A stretch of DNA of 64,000 nucleotides from Antechinus flavipes (Eukaryota), in assembly GCF_016432865.1 (NCBI RefSeq), contig NC_067403.1, forward strand, positions 104,408,001 to 104,472,000. The letters run 5' to 3'. How positions within the stretch are numbered: position 1 is the first letter of the stretch; every line of letters starts with the position of its first letter. Shown here in pieces: positions 1-12,177 of this stretch. The notes below the pieces were generated by a model that did no database searches, was not told where the DNA came from, and saw only the letters and a program-made list of their open reading frames with translations. The position numbers were made by a program, and so were the translations under genes.

Positions 1-860
1 TCATATGGAGTGTGAATTCATCCTGGCTTTCATTGAAAAGACATTTTGCAGGGTAAGATCGGGTCATTTTTCATAATGGGGGGGATATAAAGGAGGTTTT
101 TTTGGAAGATAGAAAGGGTTTTGTCACAAAAAGATAGTTACTGTATGACGCAGAGAAAAGGTTGAGTTCAGGGACAGAGAGCTACCTTTGCTTTGGACAG
201 AGGATGGATCTTTGGAAGAAAAGAGGTGAGATGTAAATTGATAGTGAAGCCCAAAGAATAGGATCATGGCTAATGCAGATATCATGGAAATGGAGTTGGA
301 ATAATATTGGAATAAAAATGTTAAAGGTAAAAACTATGGGGGTGACAGTGGGTTAAAAAAATTGCAAAAATTTTGTAATTTATAGTCTTAGAAAGTTGCC
401 TGAGGACCTTGAGAAATTAAGTTACTTGCTAAATATTACATAACAGTATATGTCAACTCTAAACCTCTATCCACTATTTCAAGCTGCTGCTTCTTTACAT
501 TTTATGTCCTCTCTGTTCCTTCCACCCCAATCCCAACCAATGACTGCAGGTCCACAAGGATTTCAATTTCTGAATAAAAATTCTTGTTCTCAAGACCTTT
601 TTTATTTTATGTTTTCAGTGTGAGTCTAATATACCATAAAAAGAAAGCTAGTAATTAAAAAAAAACACATCAGTTGTTCTAAGCTTAGTTTTTAAAGGTT
701 GTTCTACTTGCCTTTGACAGCAAGATTATGTTTGAAAAATTAAAGATGATAAAAGGTAGAGGAAAAGAATTTTTCCAAAGGAAGTTGGAACTTCCTCATT
801 TTAATTTTTTCAGAGAAAAGAGGTAGCTAAGGAAAATATAATGGAGAAAAGCCATGGATC

Positions 861-1050
861 AGAGAGAGACAGAGAAAGAGAGACATACAGGGATACAGAC
901 AGAGAGAGGCAGTGAGACAGAGACACACAGAGAGAGACATACACATACAGAAACAGACAGACCCGCAGAGAAATAAAGAAACAGACAGAGAAAGAGAAAG
1001 GGAAGGGAGGGGAGTTAAGGAGAGGGATGAAAAGAGGGGAAGGAGAAAGA
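861..1050. repeat. GA/CA-rich degenerate simple repeat
   Basis: Run of agagagac/acagag units; explains the L/S/C-rich ORF 827..1087(-). Confidence 0.9.
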
Positions 1051-1471
1051 AATTGATGGAATGAATGAGAAAAGTTTTCTTAGACATGAACTTTGAACTT
1101 GCAGAAATAAGTGAGAGGAAAGTTATTTTACAATGGAGAAAGTAACCTAATAAAAGATTGTCAAGTAAAATCTTTTCTTACTAACTTCCATACCAATATT
1201 ATTTTTTTCCTGTGTGTGTGTATATAATGACTAAAGGTTATGTATGTGTTTTGTATTCATATATACACAATTATACTATGTTTTTATATAGACAAAGTAT
1301 GTCTATGTTAATATACAGATACTCTGTATATATAAACAAACATCTGTTATGCAAATAAGAAATTCATTCTATTTGAATTGTAATTATATATGTGAAAAAA
1401 ATGAAATTACTTGTTATGTTTATTAACTAAGCCTTAAAGAACTATTAAGCAGCATAGTGCATTCTCTAAAG

Positions 1472-1822
1472 CAGGGTTTCTTAAACTTTTTCCCCTTGTA
1501 ACCCTTTTCCACCCCAGAAATATTTATGTGACCCTGGATATATAATTATATAAAATACGTATACAAATCAACCATTTATTTACAATAAAGTATAAAGAAA
1601 TTTGTTTTAAAACAATTCTTTGGTACATACACAATTTTTCTGTTTATTAAAGATGAAAGCAAATTTGCATGCTAATTGGAGGAACATATTTATTTTTACA
1701 TAAAGAATTTAAATATTAGAAAAATATTTTATTCCTTTTACTGTGGCCAAATTTTTTGTAACCACCACATTTAGTTACAAGACCCCCATTTAGGATGCCA
1801 ACACATAATTTAAGAACTTTTG
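1472..1822. mobile_element. Non-autonomous hAT (Charlie-like) DNA transposon remnant, ~350 bp
   Basis: The left end CAGGGTTTCTTAAAC and the reverse complement of the right end CAAAAGTTCTTAAAT form a degenerate TIR. The flanks ctctaaag / atataaaa fit an eroded 8-bp hAT target site. Confidence 0.6.
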
Positions 1823-3115
1823 ATATAAAACATCAGTTCTAGAACACCGAGCTGATATTTTTAATGGTTTAATTTGAAAATTTCTGAACTTAAGATTCAT
1901 ATTTGTTTGGCCTCGTAGGGCAGATCCTCATTTTGAAAAATGCACCTCTTTTTTTGAAAATACAACTTAGGGTGATATTTTCTTTAAGTCATAATTAACA
2001 GCTGTGTAGAGAAATGGAAAGAGAGAGAGAATTAAAGAATGAAAAGAGAAAAGAATTCATAAAAGCAAGATAAGGCATGATTGCCACTATTTTATATATT
2101 CTTGTTACATCTGTTCAGTGTCTTGAAGGAGAATGTCTTGCTATTTTAAAAATTATATAGCATTGTACTTGCTAAGATTAACATGCAGACTTCATCATAA
2201 TTCTAAATTATTTCAAAAATAGCACCTATATCTTATTGTTTTTTTTGCCAAATTTGTGATATTTTCAATGTTTCAACTCTTGAGACAGTTATCCTTAGTT
2301 CCTATTTCACCAATTTTGACTCTGCTCTTCTATTTCTTTTGCTTTTTTTCCCAACATTATACCTTTTTATTTTCCCTGAGGAAAAGTGGTTTTATTGGTT
2401 AACTTGTGCTCTCTCTGCTGGTAATATCTAGATTTGCAATAAATACAATGTAAGAAAAGTTAAATGCTACTATTTGTTTCTTAAAACAATATTGGTATAA
2501 TAGATTTAATTCAAAATAGGCTATATTAGTCGGCATGTCATTTTTATATTTGATATTTTCAAAGACTGGAGTGAAAAGTAATTTAAAATATTGACATGTT
2601 CTTTAGTTCTTAGGGGACATGCAAACTGGATTTCAGATGTTTATGGCAATTATAAAATATGCAAGCTAGAAGAAATGTAAGCTTTGGGGGGGGCATTTTT
2701 ACCAAAATTTCTTTGGTTTGAATAGAAAATAAGTTGTTCCTATCTAGATTTTATTTTGTTCGATTGACCTAGTTTCCTCCAATGTCTTTAGCAACATAGT
2801 TTGAACTCTAGTTTGACTCCATTGCCAGAAATGTAATGACAACTTTCCCTTTTATTTACTTCTGTTAAATGAGCTTTTCTCTTGCTATTGAGAGATAAAA
2901 CATGCTTGAAGCATTTTGTCATGATGTGGTGATTTAATTTCTTCTCTCCCTCTCCCATTTCACATGAGGAATATTGAGTGGATTTTTAATGCCTAACATA
3001 ATTAGTTTTGAATACTTTAAAATTATGTCATTTTGGTAATAAATTAGTATGGATTGTATATGGTATTCTTTATATTGTTAGAAATAATTCCACTTATTTT
3101 TATTTTTTTCTCTTC

Positions 3116-3160
3116 TAAAGTTTCCTCAGGAATGACATAAAGTTTCCTCAGGAATGACAT
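3116..3160. repeat. Perfect 22-bp tandem duplication
   Basis: taaagtttcctcaggaatgaca x2 (3116-3137, 3138-3159). Confidence 0.97.
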
Positions 3161-3299
3161 TAAACTAGTAAATTGTTTCTAATTTAACATGATCTGTTTT
3201 ACCTACCTTCAAAATAGAGCTCTGAAAATACAGTTTGAAATTTCTTATTATAAATTTAGAATAGAAAGTGAATTTAGCATCTGCTCAAACCTTTACATT

Positions 3300-3420
3300 T
3301 TATAAATAAGGAAATTGAGTCTCAGAATAGTTGTTACTTGTACTTTAATATCAAATGACAGAGGTGAGATTTTAACCTTGATCTTCTTCCAAATTCATTG
3401 TTCTTTCCAACATAGTTTAC
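3300..3420 (-). mobile_element. MIR/CORE-SINE fragment
   Basis: aaataaggaaattgagtctcagaa...gaggtgagattttaacc resembles the reverse complement of the CORE domain. Confidence 0.55.
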
Positions 3421-4229
3421 TAATCTCTCATCTCTGTAAATGAAATTCTATTCTTGAATATAGTTTGGCTGCAATGTTTTCTCAGGATACCAGGATGCCA
3501 GACTTGGTTACCTTTGGTACATATTTGTATTAGCAATTTCTCAAAATAAAAAAGGGTAAAACTAATATATCATCTAGTGAATACTTTGAACATTTTTTTT
3601 TTGCTTTTTATTTTGTCCCAAATGTTTTGCTAGTCCCTGGCATTTGTTATTTTGTTGCTGTATAGAAAAGCTAACAGAGCCTTCTAAGTTTTCTTATGTA
3701 GTGTCCTTAAATATTGTTTTTAAAGTTATGTAAAGTCTTTCTAGGCTATGTTGATGAGTTCCATGATTCCTCAGCTTTCACTATGATTAAAAAAAAATTG
3801 ATAGTGTGTCTGGAGGCTAATGGAAGGAAAGATATAGTGCCTCTATCTTTTTATACATTATAATTTTCTCCATATAATTGTAATCTACCTGATTTCTCCT
3901 TACGTAAATGGATTTTCTTGATGTAAGCACTTCTTTCATTTGCATAAATCTCAAGCTCCCTCTGATGCTCATCTTGTGTGATTCTACAATTAGAGTTTTC
4001 AACAAATCACCCAACAAGGAAGAAAAATACGAAGCACTCAATGCTTTCTTCTATTACAGTGATTCCAAATTCTTGAACAATCACCTACCTCTATTTGATT
4101 TTTAGAAATCTATATCATCAATATGCATTTATTTATTAGTAAACTACAAACACATGATTCTACTAATAGCTATGAACATTAAAATTATATAAAATGAAAA
4201 TTTGAAAAAAGAAAAAAATGATATGAAGA

Positions 4230-4630
4230 TATAACATTTTGTTCTAGAACCAATGAGAAACTAGCAGAATTTGCTAAATAAGGGAATGGCATTGTCAGAT
4301 GTGTTTTAGAAAAGTTTCTTTGGCAACTATGTGGAGGATGGATCAGAAAGGGAAGAAATTTGTTAGGAGACAAATTAGAACATTGTTTAGTAGTCTAAGC
4401 AAAATATCATGAACATGCACATAAGGGTATCAGTGTTGGTCATCTGAGTAAAAATATCAAGAGAGTTGTGAGAGATATTGTAGAGGTAGGAACAAGATTT
4501 GGGGAATGTGGAATGATTTAGTTAGAAATTAAAGGTCCAGTTTCTAGATCTAGGTGACTGTGGAAAGATATTGTTATTTTAATAATAATGGGAAAGCTTT
4601 AGAAGAAATCTAGTTTTGAAAATAATATTT
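4230..4630 (-). mobile_element. L2 LINE fragment
   Basis: Purine-rich degenerate match to the antisense of the L2 3' region (gttttagaaaag...tatgtggaggatggat...gtagaggtaggaacaagattt). Confidence 0.55.
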
Positions 4631-5749
4631 GTATCATGGACTCTGACTTACAGTTGACAATCTATGTTGAAATAAACTGGGTTCCATTTGCTAGATTTTG
4701 GGATCATGATTAGATTTAGACCAGAATTTGTTCAAATGAAGAAATTGATTGATATTATTTGGAACTACCTCTTACCAAGTTTGGAACTGGAATTTTCATA
4801 AACCACGATGTTCTTCCATACCATTAGATTTCATATTAAAATTTATATTTAGAAATTTATAAGCAGATTCTGAAATATCAAAGTAGTTACAGAATCCATG
4901 TTATTTGATAAAATTTTGATTTTCATTTGCTGATTTGTGAATTTGGTGACTGAATTATATTATTATGTTAAGCATTATGTAAGCTTCACATGTTTGCCAT
5001 GTTAAATTACCAAATGGTTTTTATAGCTTTATTTTTAATTGCCTACAAATATGTGCTTATTTTCATGTGTGTGTAAGTGTGTGTGTGTGTTAGAAAGATG
5101 CATGATTTCCTCTATTCATGGCATACATAGTAGTTACTGATAACAGTTCAAGTCACAAGAAAATCTTAAAATATTTTAATAATCCAATTCACATCAAAAT
5201 CTGAGTTGACATGGTTGGTAAGCACTAAGTGCAGTTAATTGAGCTAATTCTATGCAATCTACTAAAAGGAAATTCTTAAATTCTTTGGGATTTATTCCTT
5301 TTAAAAACAATTTATGCCTTTCATATTGAATAACTACATTTTAATACTTAATTACTTTTATCTCCCAGAAACATTCTGCATTACCCAAATTATATGAACA
5401 ATGCTTTTGAAGACATTTACCATAATATGCAGCACTATCTCTACTTTATAACACTTTTTATGCTTGTATTTAAATTTTTGGCATGAATTGAGAAGGTCCT
5501 ATTTTTTGAAAGTAACAAAAAAGGCTTTATGTTCAATTTTATAATTAACATTTTCCCCACTAATAATTTATCTTGGCTTTTGGGGTTCACTTAGAATAAA
5601 TATTTCACTTTAGCATTCAGACAACTAATTTGTTAGCAAATGTGCTTCATACAATTTACAGCCATATTCCAATTTAATGGTCCTCCATTTCAAAGTGTAT
5701 ACATTCTAGGTCCTGAGATGTTGAAAAAAACTCAAAAAATTTTAATATG

Positions 5750-5895
5750 TTATCTTGTTTTACTCCCTTTTTTTTAACAGATAAAGAAATTAAGGACAAG
5801 AGATAAAATGTCTTACATGGGGTCATATAAGTTTGAAGTAGTTTGAATCCAAGGACACTTAATTTATAGTCTAGTGTGCATGCCATTTTACCACA
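5750..5895 (-). mobile_element. MIR/CORE-SINE fragment
   Basis: ccctttt..ttaacagataaagaaattaagg...ggtcata...tttgaatccagg-like pattern. Confidence 0.55.
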
Positions 5896-7620
5896 GTTGC
5901 TTCCTTTGTAAAAGTTATTTACCTCACAAAGATGTTATCAGGAGCCTAATTCCATGCTCCCTGGGATTTTCGTCTCTGTCACTTGGATTATTTTTAATCA
6001 AGTTATATTAAGGAAACTAGATTCTTTTCAGAGAAAGGAAAGAAATGTCTGTTCTCTGTGGAAGATAGTAATGAATATATTATATTAAATTTAATTACGT
6101 ACGTCTGTATAGCTGTAGACTAACCCCAAGCTTCCCTTCTACAAATTGATGACATTGGCCCCAAAGGCGATTGAGGAAAAGATCATAGATTGCAGAAAAC
6201 TAAGCCATTACTAATTTGGGGGAGGAAAAGACCATGAATTAAAACATATAAGCCATTTATAGTAACATAATCATTATATATGAAATAAAGCATCATGTTA
6301 TTTATTATTAATTTATCTTTAATACTTAAAAAGATCTATGGTTTCATTGAGATGGATACTTACAAAACAATTCATGCTTTGTGATTTGTAGACAGGACAG
6401 ATATCTGGAAGTGACCTTGTTGGAACATAGGCTACCTGTGGCACAGATGTATAGTTTATCAGTGAGCTCATTCTTACACACTCATTATTTGGGTAAAACC
6501 TTCTCAAATTTGGATTGCTGTAAACTAAAAGACGTCCAAATTACCTCCAAATGACAACAAAGCATTACTGTAGGTAGGTAGTGAAATGTTATTTACTATC
6601 ATTTATTTTGAATTGTAATCTTCTGATGAACATTATTTGCCACAACACTAAAATCTTGTAGTTGACAAAGGGTTAACCTAGGTATCCAGTGAAATCTATG
6701 AAATCTAACAAGGTAAAACATGGCCTTTTATGGTATGTAGAGATTTTTTTATTATCCCCATTTCAGTAAAAGTTCTTCCTCTTCTAAAATTAAAGTAATT
6801 AATATCATCTTGTCTTCTTGCCTTAATGACAATTAATGATTATCATTTTAATTTTTTTTTACAAATTTATTATTTACTCTTAACCTTTTTAAAAAGAAAT
6901 TGAGTTCCAGATTCTAGCCCTCTGTTCTGCCCTTACCTCACCTATCAAAAGACAATATTTAAATTGCAAATGTAAGGTCATATAAAACATGTCTATTAGC
7001 CATTTTTCAAAAATAAGCAAGAAAAATAGAAAAAGTAAAAAAAAAATATGCTTCAATGTGCACTTAAACTCTATGAGTTCTCTCTCTCTCTCTGGAGGTG
7101 GATAGCATTTTCCCTCATAAATCTTTCAAAATTGTTTTGGATCTTTGAATTGATCAGGAAAGCTAAATCATTGACAGTTAATCATGCTTACAATATTGCT
7201 GTTACTATGTGCGGTATTTTTCTGGGTTTACTCACTTCACTTTGCATCCATTCATATATTTTCCCAAATTTTTCTGAAACCATCCTACTCATTATCTTTT
7301 ATAGCACAATACTATTTCATCACAATTTTATACCACAGTTTTTTTTGTTTGTTGTTTTTAATGGGTATTTTCCCAAGTGTATTTCTTGTAAAATATTATT
7401 GGATTCTAGTTTGTAATCAATTTGCTATCTGCATTTGTTTCATGGGTGAGTTCATCTTCTTTCTATTAGCACTTATTATTAGCACTAAGTATATATTTCC
7501 CTTCACCATTTTTTCCTATCATTCTCACCATATGTTTTTATTTTGTCCCTCCTCCAAAATCCTTTTCTTTTTTTTCTTTTTCTTTTTTTTTTTTTTTTGC
7601 TTTTAAATACTGCCTCCCTT

Positions 7621-8099
7621 GATGAGCAGAACTAGGAGATCATTATACACTTCGACAACGATATTGTATGAGGATGTATTCTGATGGAAGTGGATTTCTA
7701 TGACAAAGAGACCTAACTGAGTTTCAATGGATAAATGATGGACAGAAGCAGCTACACTCAAAGAAAGAACACTGGGAAATGAATGTGAACTATTTGCATT
7801 TTTGATTTTCTTCCCGAGTTATTTTTACCTTCTGAATCCAATTCTCCCTGTGCAACCAGAGAACTGTTCAGTTCTGCAAATATGTATTGTATCTAGGATA
7901 TACTGCAACATATTTAACATATATAGGACTGCTTGCCATCTTGGGGGGGGGGTGGAGGGAGGGAGGGGAAAAAATGAAACATAAGCGAGTTCAAGGGATA
8001 ATGTTGTAAAAAAAATTATCCTGGCATGGATTCTGTCAATACAAAGGTATTATTAAATAAAATAAAATTAAAAAAATAATAATTAAAAAATAAATAAAT
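7621..8099 (+). mobile_element. Young L1, 5'-truncated 3' end (479 bp) with poly-A tail and TSD
   Basis: Perfect 16-bp TSD aaatactgcctccctt at 7605-7620 and 8100-8115. A-rich tail. Near-identical to the 3' UTR at 35590-35974. Confidence 0.95.
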
Positions 8100-8559
8100 A
8101 AATACTGCCTCCCTTAATCCACCCTCCCTTCTATCACTTCCCTTCTTCTCTTTGCCTCTTCTCCTAGTTCTCTCTTGGTTAAGATAGATATTGATAGTCA
8201 AAAGAATATGTATGTTATTCCCTCTCTGAACCATTTCTTATGACAGTGAGGTGACCATCTCTCCATTATTTCTTTCTACTGTAAAAGTTCTTCCTAAAAT
8301 GTTTAGTTTATTTGAGATAATTTCCTCTATTCTTTCTTTCTCTTCTGAGTTTTCCCAGTGCATCTTTTTCTTCTTCACCCCTTCATTTTTTTGAGACCAA
8401 TCCCTCATAGGCAATTCACACTTATGACTTCTGTCTATTTAGACTCCTTGTAACTGCCCTAATGATGATAAAGTTCTTAGGAGTTACAAGTATCATCTTC
8501 TCATATAGGAATAAAAAGAATTGAGTCCATTATGATTTTACCTTTTTGTGTTCTTTTGT

Positions 8560-9794
8560 GTCTTGTCTTTAAAGTCAAAAGTTCTATTCAGCTCTGGTGT
8601 TTTCATCAGGAATGATTGAAAGTTCTCTATCTCATCCAATATCCATTTTCCCCATGAGGGATTACACTTACTTTTTCAAGGTAGATGATTCTTAGTTGTA
8701 ATTCTAGCTCCTGTGCTTTCTGGAATAACATATGTCAAATCCACCACTCCTTCAAGTTCAAAGCTGGTAAATCTCGTTATTCTTTCTGTGGCTCCATAAT
8801 ATTTTAATTGTTTCTTTTTGGCTGCTTGTTTTCTCCTTAAGCTAGGTAGTTGACTGTAGTATTTCTGTGAGTTTAAATTTTGATATCTTTTTCAGGAAAT
8901 GATGGTGAATTCTTTAAATTTTTATTTTCTCATTTCTAAATTTCTCATTTGAGGCTGTTTCCCTTGATAATTCCTTGAAATAAGATGTCTAGGCTTTTTT
9001 TTTAAATTTTAATCATTACTTCTAAGTAGACTAAAAATTCTTAAATTATTTCTTCTTGATCTATTTTTCAATTGTACTTTCAATGAGGTATGTCCCACTT
9101 TCTTCTTTTTTTATTGTTTTGACTTTTTTGTTGTTTCTTTATGTGTTATGGAGTCATTAGTGTCCAATGCTAAGTTTTATTTTTTTTTCTTTTATGTATA
9201 TTTTCTTCAGTGAGCTTTATTTGTTTGTATTATTTGTACTGTTTAACATTTGAACAATTCTGCTTCATACAGAGTTCTTCTTATAAATGAATTTTTGTAT
9301 CTCTTTTACGATTTGACAAATCCTGTTTATTTAAATGATTTATTCAGTATTTTTTGTGCCTCCTTTACCAAATTGTTGACTTTTTTGTAATTTTCTTTCT
9401 TTTTTTTTCTGAAGCAATTGGTGTTAAGTAACTTGCCCAGGGTCACACAGCTAGGAAATGTTAAGTGTCTGAGGTCAGATTTGAAGTCAGATCCTCCTGA
9501 CTTAGGGCTAATGCTCTATCCACTGTACTACCTAGTTGCCCCTCTTTTTGTAATTTTCTTGTATTATTCTCAATTTTCTAAAATTTTCCTCTATCTCTCA
9601 TTCAATTTTTAAAATCATTTTTGCACTTTTCCAAGAATTCTTGTTGGATATGTATCCAATTCAAATTTGTCTTTGAAGCTTTGATTGCATCTATTTTGAC
9701 ATCCATGTTTTCTTTTTATTTTGTGTCATAGTCTCCCCTTTCACCACAATAGCTTTTTATGATCCCATTCTTTTTGTTGTTGTCATTTGTTCAT
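8560..9794 (-). pseudogene. Decayed L1 ORF1p (multiple stops/frameshifts; interrupted by a SINE)
   Basis: The minus strand near 8830-8570 reads QAAKKKQLKYYGAT...FQKAQELELQLRIIY...FLMKTPELNRTFD with frameshifts, matching the L1 ORF1p C-terminal region. A candidate ATG lies at 9794. Confidence 0.75.
9398..9544 (-). mobile_element. Short CORE-SINE (WSINE1-like) with poly-A and TSD
   Basis: Minus strand ggggcaactaggtagtacagtggatagagc...cttcaaatctgacctcagacac...tgtgaccctgggcaag. 16-bp TSD tttttgtaattttctt at 9382-9397 and 9545-9560. Confidence 0.9.
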
Positions 9795-10801
9795 TTTTCC
9801 AAAATATTGTTTGACTTTCAGCTTAATATTAAAGTTGTATTTTGCTCATGGGGTAGAGGAAACACTGTCCCAAGCTTCTGATTTTTGGTGTTGCTATTTT
9901 CAGTGCTAGTTTGGGGAGTCTGTAAGGTTTTGGTTTTTTTTTTTTTTTTAAGTTTCTGATGTAGTATGATTCATGGAGATGTGTGGTAACTGCTCTTTTA
10001 GCCTGTGCTCTGGTCTTTCCCTTGGAAGGTGCCTGCAAATGCTAGAATTCCTCTTAGCCCTGAAATTGTAACCAGTTCCAAGTTCTAGTCACAAGTTCTA
10101 GTGTTCCTTTCTGTCTTAGAACTGAGATCAGAGACCTTACTCACTTATGAATGACCACAGTCTTTTTCTCTGCTTTGTAACTGTAACAAGGGTTTCTGTT
10201 TCCTTCTGCCAGTGCTAGTGGCTCTCTTTACCCTACAACTACATCCAGGACCTGCATATGGGTACTGCAACAGGATCTGGTACCCAGTGCCAGAAAAGGG
10301 TCCCCTATAATCTTTTTCTGGACACTTCTCTGATTCTCTTACTATCTCTTTGTTAAGAGCTCTGGAAGCTGATACCAATACTGTAGAGATGCCCCCAAAG
10401 CCTGCTACTAATGTTGTTACAGCCTATACTTTACTCTGGGCTAGCCCCCATTCCAGTGTTATAAATCTTTCCTGTTAACCTCTTTAGTTGTTTTGAGGGT
10501 GAAAGAATGTCCCACCCATATCTTTTGTTGGCTCTGTCACTCCAGAATTAGATTTGAGTCATTATTTAAAGTTGTTTGGAGAGGAATATTGGGAGAATTC
10601 AACTGAGTTACTGCCTGTGGTCTGTCATCTTAACTTTGCCCCTTCCCTACCAGACAATGTGACAGAGGAGAAGAAATCTAGGGATAGTATGACATGTGCC
10701 TTAGATTCTGGGAAAACAGATTTTTTTTTTTGGGGGGGAGGATAGAAATATGGTCTCATTGATTTATATATTATGGTTCCTTATAGTGATGAGAAGTCAG
10801 A

Positions 10802-11154
10802 TGTAATGACCATGCTAGCACCCAGGATACCTCAGAATCAGCCAGAGTTAGGATAAGCAAAAGTCCTTAATCTTGATTCTTGGTCCCCAAACACAGAATT
10901 GAACAGGATGGAAGCAGAATCTCTGCAACTACTTCCCTCCTCTTCTACTGCAGAGAGTGTGTCCCTGGCTAACTTTACTCCACCCTAGTCCCTCCCACAA
11001 TCCTCTATACACCAAACATTGAGCTACTACGGACAGTGGAAAGGACCATTTCCCAAGCATATGCCCACAGAGTATTGTCCAATCAGTAGTTAGCCTCAAG
11101 CACTCGGAAGTCCTGACCTCAGTGCATTGAATTCAATAGTTTCAGCCCTCTACA
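10802..11154 (-). mobile_element. Solo LTR of an endogenous retrovirus (353 bp)
   Basis: TGTA...TACA termini and 6-bp flanks gtcaga / atcaga (one mismatch). GC-richer than the flanks, with a CCAAT box at 11079-11086 and an eroded poly-A-signal-like sequence near the minus-strand 3' end. Confidence 0.75.
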
Positions 11155-11899
11155 ATCAGAGATGTTTATGAATTAAATTTTTTAGATACAAAAGGAAAAA
11201 AAATTCCAAGTCAAATTCTATCTTCTATGAGAAAACTTTTCTAACTTATCCTGGCAATTTTTCCTTCAGACCTTACATGGTGTTTTCTCTTGCACCTCAC
11301 TTATCATCAGCTATGTATTATTATTAATTATACTTATTTACCTATGTGATTTGATTTGTAAATAGGTTTTTAAATTTAAATGTAGGGATATAGAATATAG
11401 GGAATATGTCTTATTTAAACTTTGGAATTCTATCTCTCCTTTCCTAACACATAACTTGTGCATAATGTTTGTTGCATAGTAAATTGCATTAAGGGATTTC
11501 ATCAAGTATTTCACATCAATACCAATGTGAGCCCCATAAATACAGGCCATTATTTCAGACAGAATGCCAAAGCTGATCTAGGGTTTTGACTTGGGAACAA
11601 AATCTTAATTATTAGATAGAATACTTTGTAAGTAAGAGCAATGCAATCATTAAATGCCCCTCCACTTTCTTATTAGAGCAGCATGTTGAAGATATAGCAG
11701 AAAAAGTCATGTAAATGCCAACTAGTATAATTGGGGATAGATAATCGTCTTTCACTTTCAAAGCCCAATTTCCTTATCATCCCAACCTCACATCACTCCC
11801 CCTACATGAAATCGGTATTCAAGGTAAATTGGAATACTAGCTTTTCTCAAACTTGGAATTATATTCCCTACCTCTGAATATAGTCTCTGTTCATTTCTA

Positions 11900-12177
11900 C
11901 TATTTAGAATCTTTCTTTTTTGAAGATTTAATTCATTTGACAAGTCTTCTGAAAAACTTATCTGATATGACTGGTTGTGACTAGCTTTTTTCTCCTTAAA
12001 TTACCTTGCATTTATTTATCAGGTACATGTTATAAAGGATAACATACCACGACAACAAAGAATGAAAAACATCTTGCAGGAGGGGGCAATTTTGTCTTTG
12101 TATCTCTAACACTAGGTAGAGTACCTAATCACTTATAGGCACTTACATGCTTATTGAATTGAATTGAATTGAATTAA
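11900..12177 (+). mobile_element. L2 3' end with (GAATT)n tail
   Basis: ttttgtctttgtatctctaacac...taggcacttacatgcttattgaattgaattgaattgaatt is a typical L2 terminus. Confidence 0.7.

Larger units (their letters stand above)
6851..10642 (-). mobile_element. Old L1 with intact 5' end, decayed ORF1 and almost all of ORF2 deleted (HAL1-like architecture)
   Basis: On the minus strand: the 5' end ggggcaaagttaagatgacaga resembles the L1 start ggggcggagccaagatggcg. It is followed by an ORF1 remnant, a purine-rich inter-ORF spacer, ORF2 N-terminal codons (MNSP 7455-7444, LQEIHL 7391-7374) and then directly the ORF2 C-terminus (KLWY 7341-7330). A 3' UTR and poly-A (T-run near 6851) close the element. 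Confidence 0.75.

Noticed and set aside
7048-7606. 122-aa and 140-aa hydrophobic ORFs suggesting membrane proteins
   Set aside because: They are the antisense of an A-rich L1 3' region, which artefactually yields F/L/I-rich translations.
9398-9544. tRNA gene (A/B-box-like motifs), also at 26117 and 51690
   Set aside because: These are tRNA-derived SINE heads followed by CORE sequence and do not form a cloverleaf.
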